Position numbers and translations under genes: made by a program
IMG/VR virus record: IMGVR_UViG_3300011339_000565
Location: 1-32,766 of that record
Length of the DNA: 32,766 nucleotides
DNA from: a virus
Taxonomy: Duplodnaviria; Caudoviricetes
Direction: 5' to 3' (one strand)
The notes under the pieces: model-generated
Told to the model about the DNA's origin: nothing
Databases searched by the model: none
Seen by the model: the letters and a program-made list of their open reading frames with translations, nothing else
In this document: in pieces, positions 6,879 through 16,127 of the stretch
Layout of the letters: each line of letters begins with the position of its first letter
How positions within the stretch are numbered: the stretch's first letter is position 1

Positions 6879-7301
6879 ATGACATTCAAAGAAAGATACA
6901 ATGATGCACATTATGAATACTACAAAGTAAAATATCCTAATGTAGTTGCTGATGGTTTATATTGTTCACCAACATTACCAAAATACAAAACTGCAAATGG
7001 CTTAACAAAGTTCATAACCAACTATATTCTATGGGCAGGTTGGAGAGCAACAAGAGTTAATACAATGGGCAGACAAGTTGGCGGCAAATGGATTCCAGGA
7101 ACTACAAGAAAAGGAACTGCTGATATTTCTGCAACCATTAAGGGTAGAAGTATTATGATTGAAATTAAAGTAGGAAAAGATAAAGCATCTGAATATCAAT
7201 TAAAGGAACAAGAACTTGAAAGGAAGTCAGGTGGAATATTTGAATTTATATCTTCGCCGGATGAATTCTTTCTTTTGTATGATTATGTTTTAAATCTATA
7301 A
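6879..7301 (+). CDS. VRR-NUC / PD-(D/E)XK nuclease (resolvase-like)
   Basis: GTADI.......IEIK.GKDK.SEYQ motif. Confidence 0.85.
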   Translation: MTFKERYNDAHYEYYKVKYPNVVADGLYCSPTLPKYKTANGLTKFITNYILWAGWRATRVNTMGRQVGGKWIPGTTRKGTADISATIKGRSIMIEIKVGKDKASEYQLKEQELERKSGGIFEFISSPDEFFLLYDYVLNL

Positions 7302-7303
7302 TT

Positions 7304-8011
7304 ATGAAACGAATAATAAATTTTAGTGGCGGCAAAACTTCTGCATACATGACAATTCATGAATATAAAGAAGGGGACTTAGTTATATTTTGTGATACTG
7401 GCAGAGAGCATGAAAAAACGTATAAATTCATAAATGATTTTGAAGCGTTTGAAAATATACCTATTATTCGTTTAAAATATAATGGTGGATTTGAAAATTT
7501 ATTACAAAAGACAAAAGCAATACCAAACAATTTTAAAAGATTTTGTACCATTGAATTAAAGGTTAAAACTGCAAGAAGATATCTTCGTAGTATTGGATTA
7601 AATAAATATGAAAATTTAGTTGGATTTCGTTATGATGAGCCATTAAGAGTAAAAAGAAGAAAACAATATTGGAAGAATGTTATTGATAAGTTTCCATTAT
7701 ATGAACAAGGCATTACTAAATCAATGATTAATGAATATTGGAAACATAAATCTTATACTTTAGAAATCCCTTCTATTTTAGGTAATTGTGATTTATGTTT
7801 TATGAAAGGAAAGAATGCAATAATAAATATTTTATCTTCATATCCTGAACTTGCAGATAAATGGATTAAAGATGAAGAAGAAAATATTAATGGATATACT
7901 TATTTTGCAGACATAACAATCAAACAAATGAAATCAATTGCACAAAATAATTTATTTAAAAACAATTTAGAAGATATAACACCTGCATTTGATTGTGCAT
8001 GTACTAACTAA
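7304..8011 (+). CDS. PAPS-reductase-family (PP-loop) protein
   Basis: FSGGKTS PP-loop, DTGREH, RFCTIELK, GFRYDEPLR, GNCDLCF, C-terminal CAC. Confidence 0.85.
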   Translation: MKRIINFSGGKTSAYMTIHEYKEGDLVIFCDTGREHEKTYKFINDFEAFENIPIIRLKYNGGFENLLQKTKAIPNNFKRFCTIELKVKTARRYLRSIGLNKYENLVGFRYDEPLRVKRRKQYWKNVIDKFPLYEQGITKSMINEYWKHKSYTLEIPSILGNCDLCFMKGKNAIINILSSYPELADKWIKDEEENINGYTYFADITIKQMKSIAQNNLFKNNLEDITPAFDCACTN

Positions 8012-8032
8012 AAACTAAAACTAAACTAAACT

Positions 8033-10249
8033 ATGCTTAAACAAATCTTTCAAGAATACAAATCCATTGGACTGAAAGTAATTCCGATTGAATGGGATGT
8101 TGCAAATAAGCAACCGGTATCACATCATAATTGGAGTGAAGATAAAGAATGGAAATTGCTATCAAATCACAATGCTTTAATGATTAAAACTAATGGTTGT
8201 TATGGTTGCATTGATGTGGACATTAAGAACACCAAAGACAAAGAACTATTTACAAAGTGGTTACAGATTGTTACTAACTCTGAACCTGATATTCTTTCAA
8301 AGGTTTTCATAGAGAAAACTAAATCTGATGGCTATCATGTTTGGATTAAGTATTGCAAACTGACAAAGAAAACTGCTTTAGCTGATTCCGAAACAGGAGC
8401 AGAAGTAATTGCTTTGTATGCCAATGGTCCTTTGGTTTACACTTATCCAACTCCGGGATATTCTGAATTTCATCAATCAATGGCAGATGTGCAGGAACTG
8501 TCCGATGATGAATATAATTATCTTATTCAAGTATCACAATACTTCAATGAATATAAACCAACTTATGATCCAACAAAGAAAGCAATAAACTATCCTAAAG
8601 GATTTGAAGCAGAGTTATCAAAGTATGATTTATCATTATCGGATGAATCATGGGAGTTGCTTTTGAATGATATTGGACTTGAACCATTACCTAACTTCCG
8701 TTATAATAAGAAAGATACATTTGCTGCATACAGGCGGAAGGCTTCAACAAGTAATATAATATCTGCAAAGGTTTATTTTAAAACTAAAAGAGTTTTATTA
8801 TTTACTGCATCAATGCATGAATTTCCTAACTGGCATAATAAAGACCAATATCCAATATGGGCATTATCACCTTCATTTGTTTTATTCTATAAGTTTGGCA
8901 GAGATTGGGATGCGGTTCTAAAGTTTATCGGTTGTGAAAAGCCATTAATAAATGATTTCCCTTTTGAGATATTTCCTGAAGCAATTCGCAATTCAATATT
9001 TGAAGTTGCAAAAGAAAGGTCATTGAATCCTTTATTTCTTGCAACTGCAGGTTTATGGACTGCATCATCACTTGCAGGAACTGCATACACTTCTGACTTT
9101 GGTAGTGATGGCAAAAACATTCTTTTCTGCATGTTGATTGCTCCGGTATCAGTTGGTAAAACTCCTGCATTCAAAGCAATGTGCGAAGCACCATTAAAAC
9201 AATTGCAAGAGATAGAAGATGAAAACTTTAAAAATGCACTTGCAGAATGGAATGCTGAAAAGATGCAATCTTTAAATGATAAGAAACAATTCACAAAGCC
9301 AAAGCCTAAACGATTCATTCCATTTGCAGTTGATGGAACTACTGAAGGTTACATTGGTTTATGTCAAGATCAATCATCAGGAATTGGAGTTTATCACGAT
9401 GAAGCAGAAACAATCCTAAATGCAGGTAGCTTTAAATCAAACAATGATAGTATTAGTTTCTTTACACAAGCATTCAGCGGTGGTAGGTATACACAAATCA
9501 GAGCAGATAGAGATAAAGAAAGGATTGTTCAGAACCTTAACATCAATCTATTAATGGGAACACAACCATCAAGAATGCGGAACATCTTTACTGAAGATAG
9601 AATTGCTAATGGCTTTGCTTCCAGGTTCTTAATGGTTGAATCTGAATATTTACAACTAAATGAAGATGCTGACCCATTTACTTCATCAAGGCAAATGTGT
9701 AATGAATGGGTTAACCTAATTCATGATTTATATAATGTTAACAAAACCTTTTGTGAAGGCGAAGCATTGCCATTAAAGATTGAAATTACTGATGCAGCAA
9801 AGCAATTGTACAAAACATATTATAAAGAAAATCTGAAAGCAGCAAATCAAAGAATTGCAGATAATCTTGAAGGACATATTATTGGAACACAAGCAAAGAT
9901 GTCATCTTACATTCCCAGATTAACACAATTAATTGCAATAATTAATGAACCATTGCAACCTGTTATCAATGAGCAGGTTGTAGAATTAGGGCAGCGATTA
10001 TTCAGATTCTATGCCAATAGCACAGTTTCAATAATTTCAAAGATATTCATGGAAGCAGATACAGGTTTACCTAATGAATTGGAATTGCTTTACAATGCAT
10101 TGCCTGATAGCTTTACCAATAAACAAGCAGAAGAAACTTGCATCAAACTAAATTTGATTGACAAAAAGTTTAGAATTGCACTTCGCCGGAAGGACTTCGG
10201 CAAACTATTTCGGAAGATTAAACATGGAGAATATACTAAAACAACATAA
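8033..10249 (+). CDS. Primase-polymerase / DUF3987-type helicase fusion
   Basis: N-terminal prim-pol motifs IDVD and T.S.GYHVW; C-terminal Walker A APVSVGKT, Walker B YHDE, GTQP, GFASRFL. Confidence 0.85.
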   Translation: MLKQIFQEYKSIGLKVIPIEWDVANKQPVSHHNWSEDKEWKLLSNHNALMIKTNGCYGCIDVDIKNTKDKELFTKWLQIVTNSEPDILSKVFIEKTKSDGYHVWIKYCKLTKKTALADSETGAEVIALYANGPLVYTYPTPGYSEFHQSMADVQELSDDEYNYLIQVSQYFNEYKPTYDPTKKAINYPKGFEAELSKYDLSLSDESWELLLNDIGLEPLPNFRYNKKDTFAAYRRKASTSNIISAKVYFKTKRVLLFTASMHEFPNWHNKDQYPIWALSPSFVLFYKFGRDWDAVLKFIGCEKPLINDFPFEIFPEAIRNSIFEVAKERSLNPLFLATAGLWTASSLAGTAYTSDFGSDGKNILFCMLIAPVSVGKTPAFKAMCEAPLKQLQEIEDENFKNALAEWNAEKMQSLNDKKQFTKPKPKRFIPFAVDGTTEGYIGLCQDQSSGIGVYHDEAETILNAGSFKSNNDSISFFTQAFSGGRYTQIRADRDKERIVQNLNINLLMGTQPSRMRNIFTEDRIANGFASRFLMVESEYLQLNEDADPFTSSRQMCNEWVNLIHDLYNVNKTFCEGEALPLKIEITDAAKQLYKTYYKENLKAANQRIADNLEGHIIGTQAKMSSYIPRLTQLIAIINEPLQPVINEQVVELGQRLFRFYANSTVSIISKIFMEADTGLPNELELLYNALPDSFTNKQAEETCIKLNLIDKKFRIALRRKDFGKLFRKIKHGEYTKTT

Positions 10250-10252
10250 ACT

Positions 10253-10909
10253 ATGAGAATATTAATAGCATGTGAAGAAAGCGATGAGGTTCGTGGAAGA
10301 TTTGAAAAGTTAGGATTTGATGCTTGGAGTTGTGATATTCAACCTAATAGAAATCCAAAAGCAAAACATTATCAATGTAATATTTTTGATATTATAAATG
10401 ATAATTGGGATGCAATGATAGCCTTTCCACCATGTACTCATTTAGCAGTAAGTGGTGCAGCTTGGTTTGAACAAAAGAGAAAAGATGGAAGACAACAAGA
10501 AGGAATTGATTTTTTTATGGCAATGGTTAATGCACCAATCAAACATATTGCAATTGAAAATCCTGTTGGTATAATGAGCAAACTTTATAAATCACCAACA
10601 CAAATAATTCAACCTTATTATTTTGGAGATAAAGCACAAAAAACAACTTGCTTATGGTTGAAGAATTTACCTAAACTTTATCATAATTCAAGTCCGAATT
10701 TATTTGATAATATTGTAACACATACAACAAAAGGAGAATTTTTTGAATGGATTGATAGTAAAACAGGTAAGAAAAAAAGGCAACCTTTATGGTTTAAAGA
10801 AGCAAGAAGTTTAGAAAGCCATGAACGAAGCAAAATTAGGTCTAAAACATTTCCGGGAATAGCTGAAGCAATGGCGGAACAATGGGGAAATTATTTAAAA
10901 GCACTGTAA
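10253..10909 (+). CDS. DNA cytosine-C5-methyltransferase-like protein
   Basis: ILIACEES, WSCDI, AFPPCTHL (catalytic PC), IENPVG, RSKTFPGIA.AMA.QW. Confidence 0.75.
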   Translation: MRILIACEESDEVRGRFEKLGFDAWSCDIQPNRNPKAKHYQCNIFDIINDNWDAMIAFPPCTHLAVSGAAWFEQKRKDGRQQEGIDFFMAMVNAPIKHIAIENPVGIMSKLYKSPTQIIQPYYFGDKAQKTTCLWLKNLPKLYHNSSPNLFDNIVTHTTKGEFFEWIDSKTGKKKRQPLWFKEARSLESHERSKIRSKTFPGIAEAMAEQWGNYLKAL

Positions 10910-10923
10910 AAAGTGCTTTTTTT
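10897..10923 (+). terminator. Intrinsic terminator
   Basis: AAAAGCACT-gtaaaa-AGTGCTTTT followed by a T-run. Confidence 0.8.
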
Positions 10924-10928
10924 ATGCC

Positions 10929-11145
10929 AATAGTTACTAATAGTTACTACATAATTACTACTGAAACTCAAGCCTGTATTGGATATGCACCATAATTAGT
11001 AACTATGTAGAATTATTAAAAGTAAATATTATTATTATTAAAAAAAGTGTATTTCCAAAAAAACAGTAATTATAGTAACTATTCAATGGCAGTAAGGGTT
11101 TCAGGCGAAAAAAACAGTAACTATGTAGTAATTATGGTAACTATC
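10929..11145. repeat. Iteron-like repeats arranged as a long imperfect inverted repeat; putative replication origin
   Basis: ATA(G/A)TTACT units on the left, AGTAA(C/T)TAT units on the right, CTGAAAC/GTTTCAG pair, AT-rich centre; follows the replication operon. Confidence 0.7.
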
Positions 11146-11181
11146 AAAAATTGTGTATAACTTATCAATATACTATTACAA

Positions 11182-11199
11182 TAATTTTGTATAATTTTG
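11182..11199 (+). promoter_or_regulatory. Tandem TAnnTTTG (-7) elements before the sigma-like gene
   Basis: TAATTTTG at 11182 and 11192. Confidence 0.45.
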
Positions 11200-11205
11200 T
11201 AAGCA

Positions 11206-11724
11206 ATGGAATGCAATAAGTTTATAGAAGAAATTTATTTGAGCAAAGAAATTAATACTTTCATTGCTTCAATCAATCCTGCTTCATTACAGGATGATTT
11301 AAGGCAAGAACTTGCATTGGCTTTACTTTCTATTGACTGCGATAAGATAAAGGAAATTTCGGCTTCTAATGGCTTAATAGGATACTCTATAAAGATATTA
11401 AGCAACATGGCTTTCAGTTCAACATCACCTTTCTATAAAAAGTTCAAGAAAGATGACTATGATAAAGCAATTGCCTATTTAAGAAGTCAGATGAATTTGC
11501 CTGTATTGGATACCAAACTATCTAAATTGGTAAATGAAAGGCTTGTCCTAAAATATACCATTGATGAAATGGAAGCACATGAAGCAATACTATTTAATAA
11601 ATATGTTGAAATGAGAAGTTGTCAACAGGTAGCAGATTATTATTCAATACCATTGAAGCATGTTAAGGATGTTATTCGTAAAACTAAACAAGAATTAAAA
11701 GCATTATGTACATCACAATTTTAG
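11206..11724 (+). CDS. Sigma-70/ECF-like transcription factor (probable late regulator)
   Basis: Region-2-like LQDDLRQELALALL; region-4 HTH SCQQVADYYSIPLKHVKDVIRKTKQELK. Confidence 0.7.
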   Translation: MECNKFIEEIYLSKEINTFIASINPASLQDDLRQELALALLSIDCDKIKEISASNGLIGYSIKILSNMAFSSTSPFYKKFKKDDYDKAIAYLRSQMNLPVLDTKLSKLVNERLVLKYTIDEMEAHEAILFNKYVEMRSCQQVADYYSIPLKHVKDVIRKTKQELKALCTSQF

Positions 11725-11945
11725 CAGCATGGCTTTTTGCCTATTACTTTGTTAAGGTAGCAATGTTACCAAACAAGATAAAAGAACTTTACAACATTCC
11801 ATTCAGTAAACGAATAAAACCTTTGGATTGTGTTACCTGTCTTTCAGTTTGGAGTGCTGCAATACTTTACTTCCTGCCAATTGAAGTATCACAATTCCTT
11901 TGCATAATCTTTGCAGCAGGATTCATCGGACAAATAATTAAATAA
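11706..11945 (+). CDS. Small membrane protein with CxxC
   Basis: Hydrophobic segments; KPLDCVTCLSVW. Confidence 0.7.
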   Translation: MYITILAAWLFAYYFVKVAMLPNKIKELYNIPFSKRIKPLDCVTCLSVWSAAILYFLPIEVSQFLCIIFAAGFIGQIIK

Positions 11946-12064
11946 TGAAGAACACCACGAACAATAAGACAAACTTCGGTAAGCGAAAACATGGTAAGGC
12001 AAAGAAATCCTATAACAAACACGATAGGAAAGAACGAAACTATAAAGGACAAGGAAGATGCTAA
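11945..12064 (+). CDS. 39-aa basic protein ending in YKGQGR (not in track)
   Basis: MKNTTNNKTNFGKRKHGKAKKSYNKHDRKERNYKGQGRC; TAATG overlap upstream and overlap with the next start. Confidence 0.7.
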   Translation: MKNTTNNKTNFGKRKHGKAKKSYNKHDRKERNYKGQGRC

Positions 12065-13065
12065 AAGTATTAGGTTTAATGAACAAGCAATCAGGATGTG
12101 GATGGCATAGAGTTATGCTTCCATTGGCATTCCTACCAGATAGCTTCAACCATGTAACAAATGTTCCTACTGAAGAACTATTCAAAGAAAAGGATTTCAA
12201 TGTAGTTTTATTTAATCGTTTTTGCTTCTTTGATGCAGATTGGCAATTGGCTAAATCTCACTTCAAGATTGTCATGGACCTTGATGATGATTGGCAGCTA
12301 CCTGTTAATCATCCAATGTATCACTTATATCAATTACAAGAACAAAAGATACTTACCAATATTGCAGCAGCAGATTTGGTTACAGTTACAAATCAAAGGC
12401 TTTATGATAAAGTTTCTAAAATCCACAACAATGTGGTTATACTACCGAATGCCATTCCTTTGGGCGAACATCAATATACTGATGATAAGATTGAATCTGA
12501 TTTGACAAGAATCTTTTGGAGTGGTGGTTCAACTCATCTAAATGATTTGGCAATACTTCGCAATCCTATAAAACGATTGCATGACATACCAAACATTCAA
12601 ATGATACTTGGCGGATATACAGATACTGATCCTGTAAGTAAAGAACTTTGGATAAAGATGCTATCTATTTTTACAGATGGCTTTCAACTGAACTTCACTA
12701 CTTATCCAGGAACTTTGCCAAATGAATATATGCATGGATATAAACATGCAGACATAATGCTTATACCTTTAGAGAATAGTCAATGGCATTCCTGCAAGTC
12801 AAACTTAAAAGTATTGGAAGCAGCATCAAAGCGAATACCTTGCATTGTTTCAAATGTTGAACCATACAATGTAGATAAAGATGCTCCTATTCTTTGGGTA
12901 AATAAACAATCCGATTGGAATAAACATATCCGGTATTTAGTAAACAATCCTTCTGAACGAATTAAATTAGGCAATCAATTATATGAGTGGGCAAAAGAAA
13001 AATACAACTATCAAGAAATCAGTCAAAGAAGATACGAAGCATTTGCAAATCTTATTGAAGCATAA
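12058..13065 (+). CDS. GT-B fold glycosyltransferase (GT4-like)
   Basis: GCGWHR..LP, MDLDDDW, WSGGSTH..DL, KSNLKVLEAAS..IPCIVS. Confidence 0.88.
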   Translation: MLKVLGLMNKQSGCGWHRVMLPLAFLPDSFNHVTNVPTEELFKEKDFNVVLFNRFCFFDADWQLAKSHFKIVMDLDDDWQLPVNHPMYHLYQLQEQKILTNIAAADLVTVTNQRLYDKVSKIHNNVVILPNAIPLGEHQYTDDKIESDLTRIFWSGGSTHLNDLAILRNPIKRLHDIPNIQMILGGYTDTDPVSKELWIKMLSIFTDGFQLNFTTYPGTLPNEYMHGYKHADIMLIPLENSQWHSCKSNLKVLEAASKRIPCIVSNVEPYNVDKDAPILWVNKQSDWNKHIRYLVNNPSERIKLGNQLYEWAKEKYNYQEISQRRYEAFANLIEA

Positions 13066-13246
13066 ACACCATCACGATTTATTCATTCGTACAGGTGAAC
13101 TTGTTAACTTCTCTGCTGAAATCCAAACTGAACTTTTTAATATATATAAAGAGAGGAAACCTAATTATGATTACAACCGAAGATGTTCAGCATGTGTTGC
13201 AGAATTCTTGGTTCATGTTTATGCTGAATTTAAAAACGAATTATGA
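12983..13246 (+). CDS. Hypothetical CxxC protein (true start probably further downstream)
   Basis: RCSACVAEF motif; ATGA overlap with the next gene. Confidence 0.55.
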   Translation: MSGQKKNTTIKKSVKEDTKHLQILLKHKHHHDLFIRTGELVNFSAEIQTELFNIYKERKPNYDYNRRCSACVAEFLVHVYAEFKNEL

Positions 13247-13782
13247 TAACACCTGAAGAATTCTTGAAAACTGAAGTTGAAATGGGCATCTCATTTGACA
13301 ATGAACAGTTTGTTAATTTGGCAAATTATACTGCTGAACAAATGAAAGGTTACAACATTGCAACTGTTCTTGATTATGGTGCAGGAACAGGTGTTTATGC
13401 TGATGCATTCTATAAACTTGGATTTGATGTTAAATGCTTTGAAATTTGGAAAGCACATCGAAACTATATAAAAGCTAAAGCACCACATTTAGAAGTAATT
13501 AATAAGCCTGTAACAACTGATTTGATGCTTTACATTGAAGTTGCTGAACACATGACTGATAAAGAAATAAAAGCATTGTTTAAAAAGATAAAGCCTAAAT
13601 ACATACTTTTCAGTTCAACAAGCGAAAGTAAGCCTGAATGGGATGCATTATGGGGACACATAAATATTAAATCACAAAATGAGTGGGTTGATTTGTTCTT
13701 TGACTTTGGTTATAAACTAATCAAAGATTTGCAACTTCCAACTCCTTACACTAAATTATTTGAATTAAATGGGAAAACATAA
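13243..13782 (+). CDS. Class I SAM-dependent methyltransferase
   Basis: VLDYGAGTG, IEVAEHM, GHINIK. Confidence 0.88.
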   Translation: MITPEEFLKTEVEMGISFDNEQFVNLANYTAEQMKGYNIATVLDYGAGTGVYADAFYKLGFDVKCFEIWKAHRNYIKAKAPHLEVINKPVTTDLMLYIEVAEHMTDKEIKALFKKIKPKYILFSSTSESKPEWDALWGHINIKSQNEWVDLFFDFGYKLIKDLQLPTPYTKLFELNGKT

Positions 13783-14170
13783 ATACATTGAAACTCCTGA
13801 AAAGATGTGGGAGTTGTTTGAAGGTTATAGAAAGAAAGTCAAAAGCACTCCTTTTATTGTTACTGATTGGGTTGGTGGCATGGCAAAGGAAGTAAACAGA
13901 ACAAAGGAAAAACCATTGACATTAGAAGGCTTTGAATTATATTGTTATGATAATGATATTATAACTGATTTAAGTAAATATTTTGCTAATACTGATAACA
14001 AATATTCGGATTATTGCGCTATCTGTTCGCGTATAAGATTAGAAATCCGCAATGATCAGATTGCAGGTGGCATGGCAGGAATATACAATCCATCAATAAC
14101 ACAAAGGTTAAATAATTTAGTAGATAAACAAGAAACAAGTATTAGCATTCCGCCAATGTTTAAGGATTAA
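13769..14170 (+). CDS. terS: Terminase small subunit (P22 gp3-like DNA-packaging protein)
   Basis: IETPEKMWELF..Y, KPLTLEGF, G.YNPSITQRL; directly before terL. Confidence 0.8.
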   Translation: MGKHKYIETPEKMWELFEGYRKKVKSTPFIVTDWVGGMAKEVNRTKEKPLTLEGFELYCYDNDIITDLSKYFANTDNKYSDYCAICSRIRLEIRNDQIAGGMAGIYNPSITQRLNNLVDKQETSISIPPMFKD

Positions 14171-15333
14171 TGTTTCAATATACAACTGCAATAAAGAAGA
14201 TTAGAACTCTTGAAAAGTTTGTCAGGGGAGTGCAAGGTGGAACTTCTGCCGGTAAAACTTATGCGATACTTCCGATACTTATTCATATTGCTGCCAGTAA
14301 TCCCTTATCAGAGATAAGTGTAGTTGCTGAATCCATTCCCCATTTAAAAAGGGGTGCAATGAAAGATTTTAAAAAGATACTTGCCGAAACTGAAAGATGG
14401 CATGAATCACTATGGAATGCATCTGACTTTAAATATACATTTCCCAATGGTTCACAAATAGAATTCTTTTCTGCAGATAACGATGCAAAGTTAAGGGGTG
14501 CAAGAAGGGATTGGCTTTACATGAATGAGTGCAATAACATGACATTCCATTCTTATACTGAACTTGCATCAAGGACCAAGCAAGGTGTTTATTTAGATTG
14601 GAATCCTACAAATACATTTTGGTTTCATACTGAATTACTGAATGATAAGGATGTTGATTTCCTTACAATCAATTATACTGATAACGAAGCATGTCCCGAA
14701 TCTGCATTGAACTTTATTCTCAAAGCAAAAGAGAAAGCAGAACAAGGCAATGCATTCTGGCAGAATTGGTATAAGGTTTATGGATTAGGTGAGATTGGTA
14801 ATCTTGAAGGCGTAATCTTTAATAATTGGCAGCAAATAGACAAAATACCGACAGATGCGAAGTTGATTGGTATAGGTTGTGACTTTGGATATACAAACGA
14901 TCCTACGGCTTTAATTGAGGTTTATACATATAATGGCAGAAGATACGTTAATGAGTTAATGTATAGGAGTGGAATGCTTAACTCCGATATTGCAAAGCTC
15001 CTACCAAAAGGTGTGATTGTTTATGCTGATAGTTCAGAACCTAAAAGCATTGATGAGATTAAGAGATACGGCATTATGATTAAGGGAGTTACTAAAGGCA
15101 AGGATTCAATTAAATATGGGATTGATGTAATGCAACAACAGGAATACTTTGTTACAAGCCAAAGCGAAAACCTGATTAAAGAATTGCGGTCATACAGTTG
15201 GGATAAAGATAAAGAAGGTAAGAAACTGAACAAGCCTATTGAATACTTCAACCATGCTATTGATGCATTGAGATATCATGAAATGGAAGCATTGGGGATA
15301 AAGAAGAATTGGGGTAAATACCACGTTGTCTAA
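14170..15333 (+). CDS. terL: Terminase large subunit (PBSX/SPP1-type)
   Basis: Walker A QGGTSAGKT, LRG, Walker B YMNE, DWNP, nuclease GCDFGYTNDPT, HAIDALRY. Confidence 0.95.
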   Translation: MFQYTTAIKKIRTLEKFVRGVQGGTSAGKTYAILPILIHIAASNPLSEISVVAESIPHLKRGAMKDFKKILAETERWHESLWNASDFKYTFPNGSQIEFFSADNDAKLRGARRDWLYMNECNNMTFHSYTELASRTKQGVYLDWNPTNTFWFHTELLNDKDVDFLTINYTDNEACPESALNFILKAKEKAEQGNAFWQNWYKVYGLGEIGNLEGVIFNNWQQIDKIPTDAKLIGIGCDFGYTNDPTALIEVYTYNGRRYVNELMYRSGMLNSDIAKLLPKGVIVYADSSEPKSIDEIKRYGIMIKGVTKGKDSIKYGIDVMQQQEYFVTSQSENLIKELRSYSWDKDKEGKKLNKPIEYFNHAIDALRYHEMEALGIKKNWGKYHVV

Positions 15334-15348
15334 AAACTATATATATAC

Positions 15349-16014
15349 ATGATGAAACTAACAATTAAGAAGTTCCAGGAATTACAGGCAATCTCAACAT
15401 TGGAGATGCCTGAATTTGACAAAGCACAGAAATTAGTTGAATGTTTAACCAACAAAACAACTGAAGAAGTGGAAGCAATGCCTTTGTATAAGTTTGACAA
15501 ACTATGCAAAGAATTGAAGCAGATATTTGACATCAACATTGAGAAGTTGCAGAACTCAAAGCCTAAAGCATTGATAGTTGCAAATGGTAAGCCTTATCAT
15601 TTGAACTTCAATATTATGCAGCACCCATTCAATGCAGGTCGTTATGTTGAGATAGCAACCTTTGCTACTGATACGATTGGGAACATGCATAATATACTTG
15701 CTTCAATGGCAACACCTTTGAAGTGGAGTTGGCGAAAGATGAGATATGTTAAACTGCAATACGATGCAACAAAGCATGAGCAATATGCAAATGATATGTT
15801 GTATGCTGACTTTGAACATGCATATCATTCAAGTGTTTTTTTTTATCTTGTTTTCACTCATTCAATCAGAAGTTCAAAGGATTATTTAGTAGCGGAGATG
15901 ACAATGAACGGAGTGGAACACGAAGCAGCAGTAGAATATATGGAAACTTTATTGAAAGTTTTGGATGGTTGTATAACTGCAAGATGGTATCAGAATTTGA
16001 AGCAATACCTTTGA
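15349..16014 (+). CDS. Putative tail assembly chaperone (G-like, short form)
   Basis: Slippery T9 run at 15836-15844 (V-F-F) with an open -1 frame downstream. Confidence 0.6.
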   Translation: MMKLTIKKFQELQAISTLEMPEFDKAQKLVECLTNKTTEEVEAMPLYKFDKLCKELKQIFDINIEKLQNSKPKALIVANGKPYHLNFNIMQHPFNAGRYVEIATFATDTIGNMHNILASMATPLKWSWRKMRYVKLQYDATKHEQYANDMLYADFEHAYHSSVFFYLVFTHSIRSSKDYLVAEMTMNGVEHEAAVEYMETLLKVLDGCITARWYQNLKQYL

Positions 16015-16127
16015 ATGATGTTTGGGATTTACCGGTGGTGCAATTCTTAAATGATTTGAACTACCTGAAGCAGAAAAGAATAGTTGATGATGAACAACAA
16101 AAGCAATTGATAAATGAGTATAAGTAG
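15843..16127 (+). CDS. -1 frameshift extension (GT-like long form, ~259 aa in total from 15349)
   Basis: 94 open codons LSCFHSFNQKFKGLF...FGWLYNCKMVSEFEAIPLNDVWDLPVVQFLNDLNYLKQKR...EYK; fills the otherwise empty 16015-16113 gap. Confidence 0.65.
   Translation, partial: LSCFHSFNQKFKGLFSSGDDNERSGTRSSSRIYGNFIESFGWLYNCKMVSEFEAIPLNDVWDLPVVQFLNDLNYLKQKRIVDDEQQKQLINEYK

Noticed and set aside
8012-8032. AAACT tandem repeats (also at 6275-6300 and 5694-5712 on the minus strand) as iterons
   Set aside because: They always sit directly before start codons and are better explained as A-rich Bacteroidota translation-initiation regions
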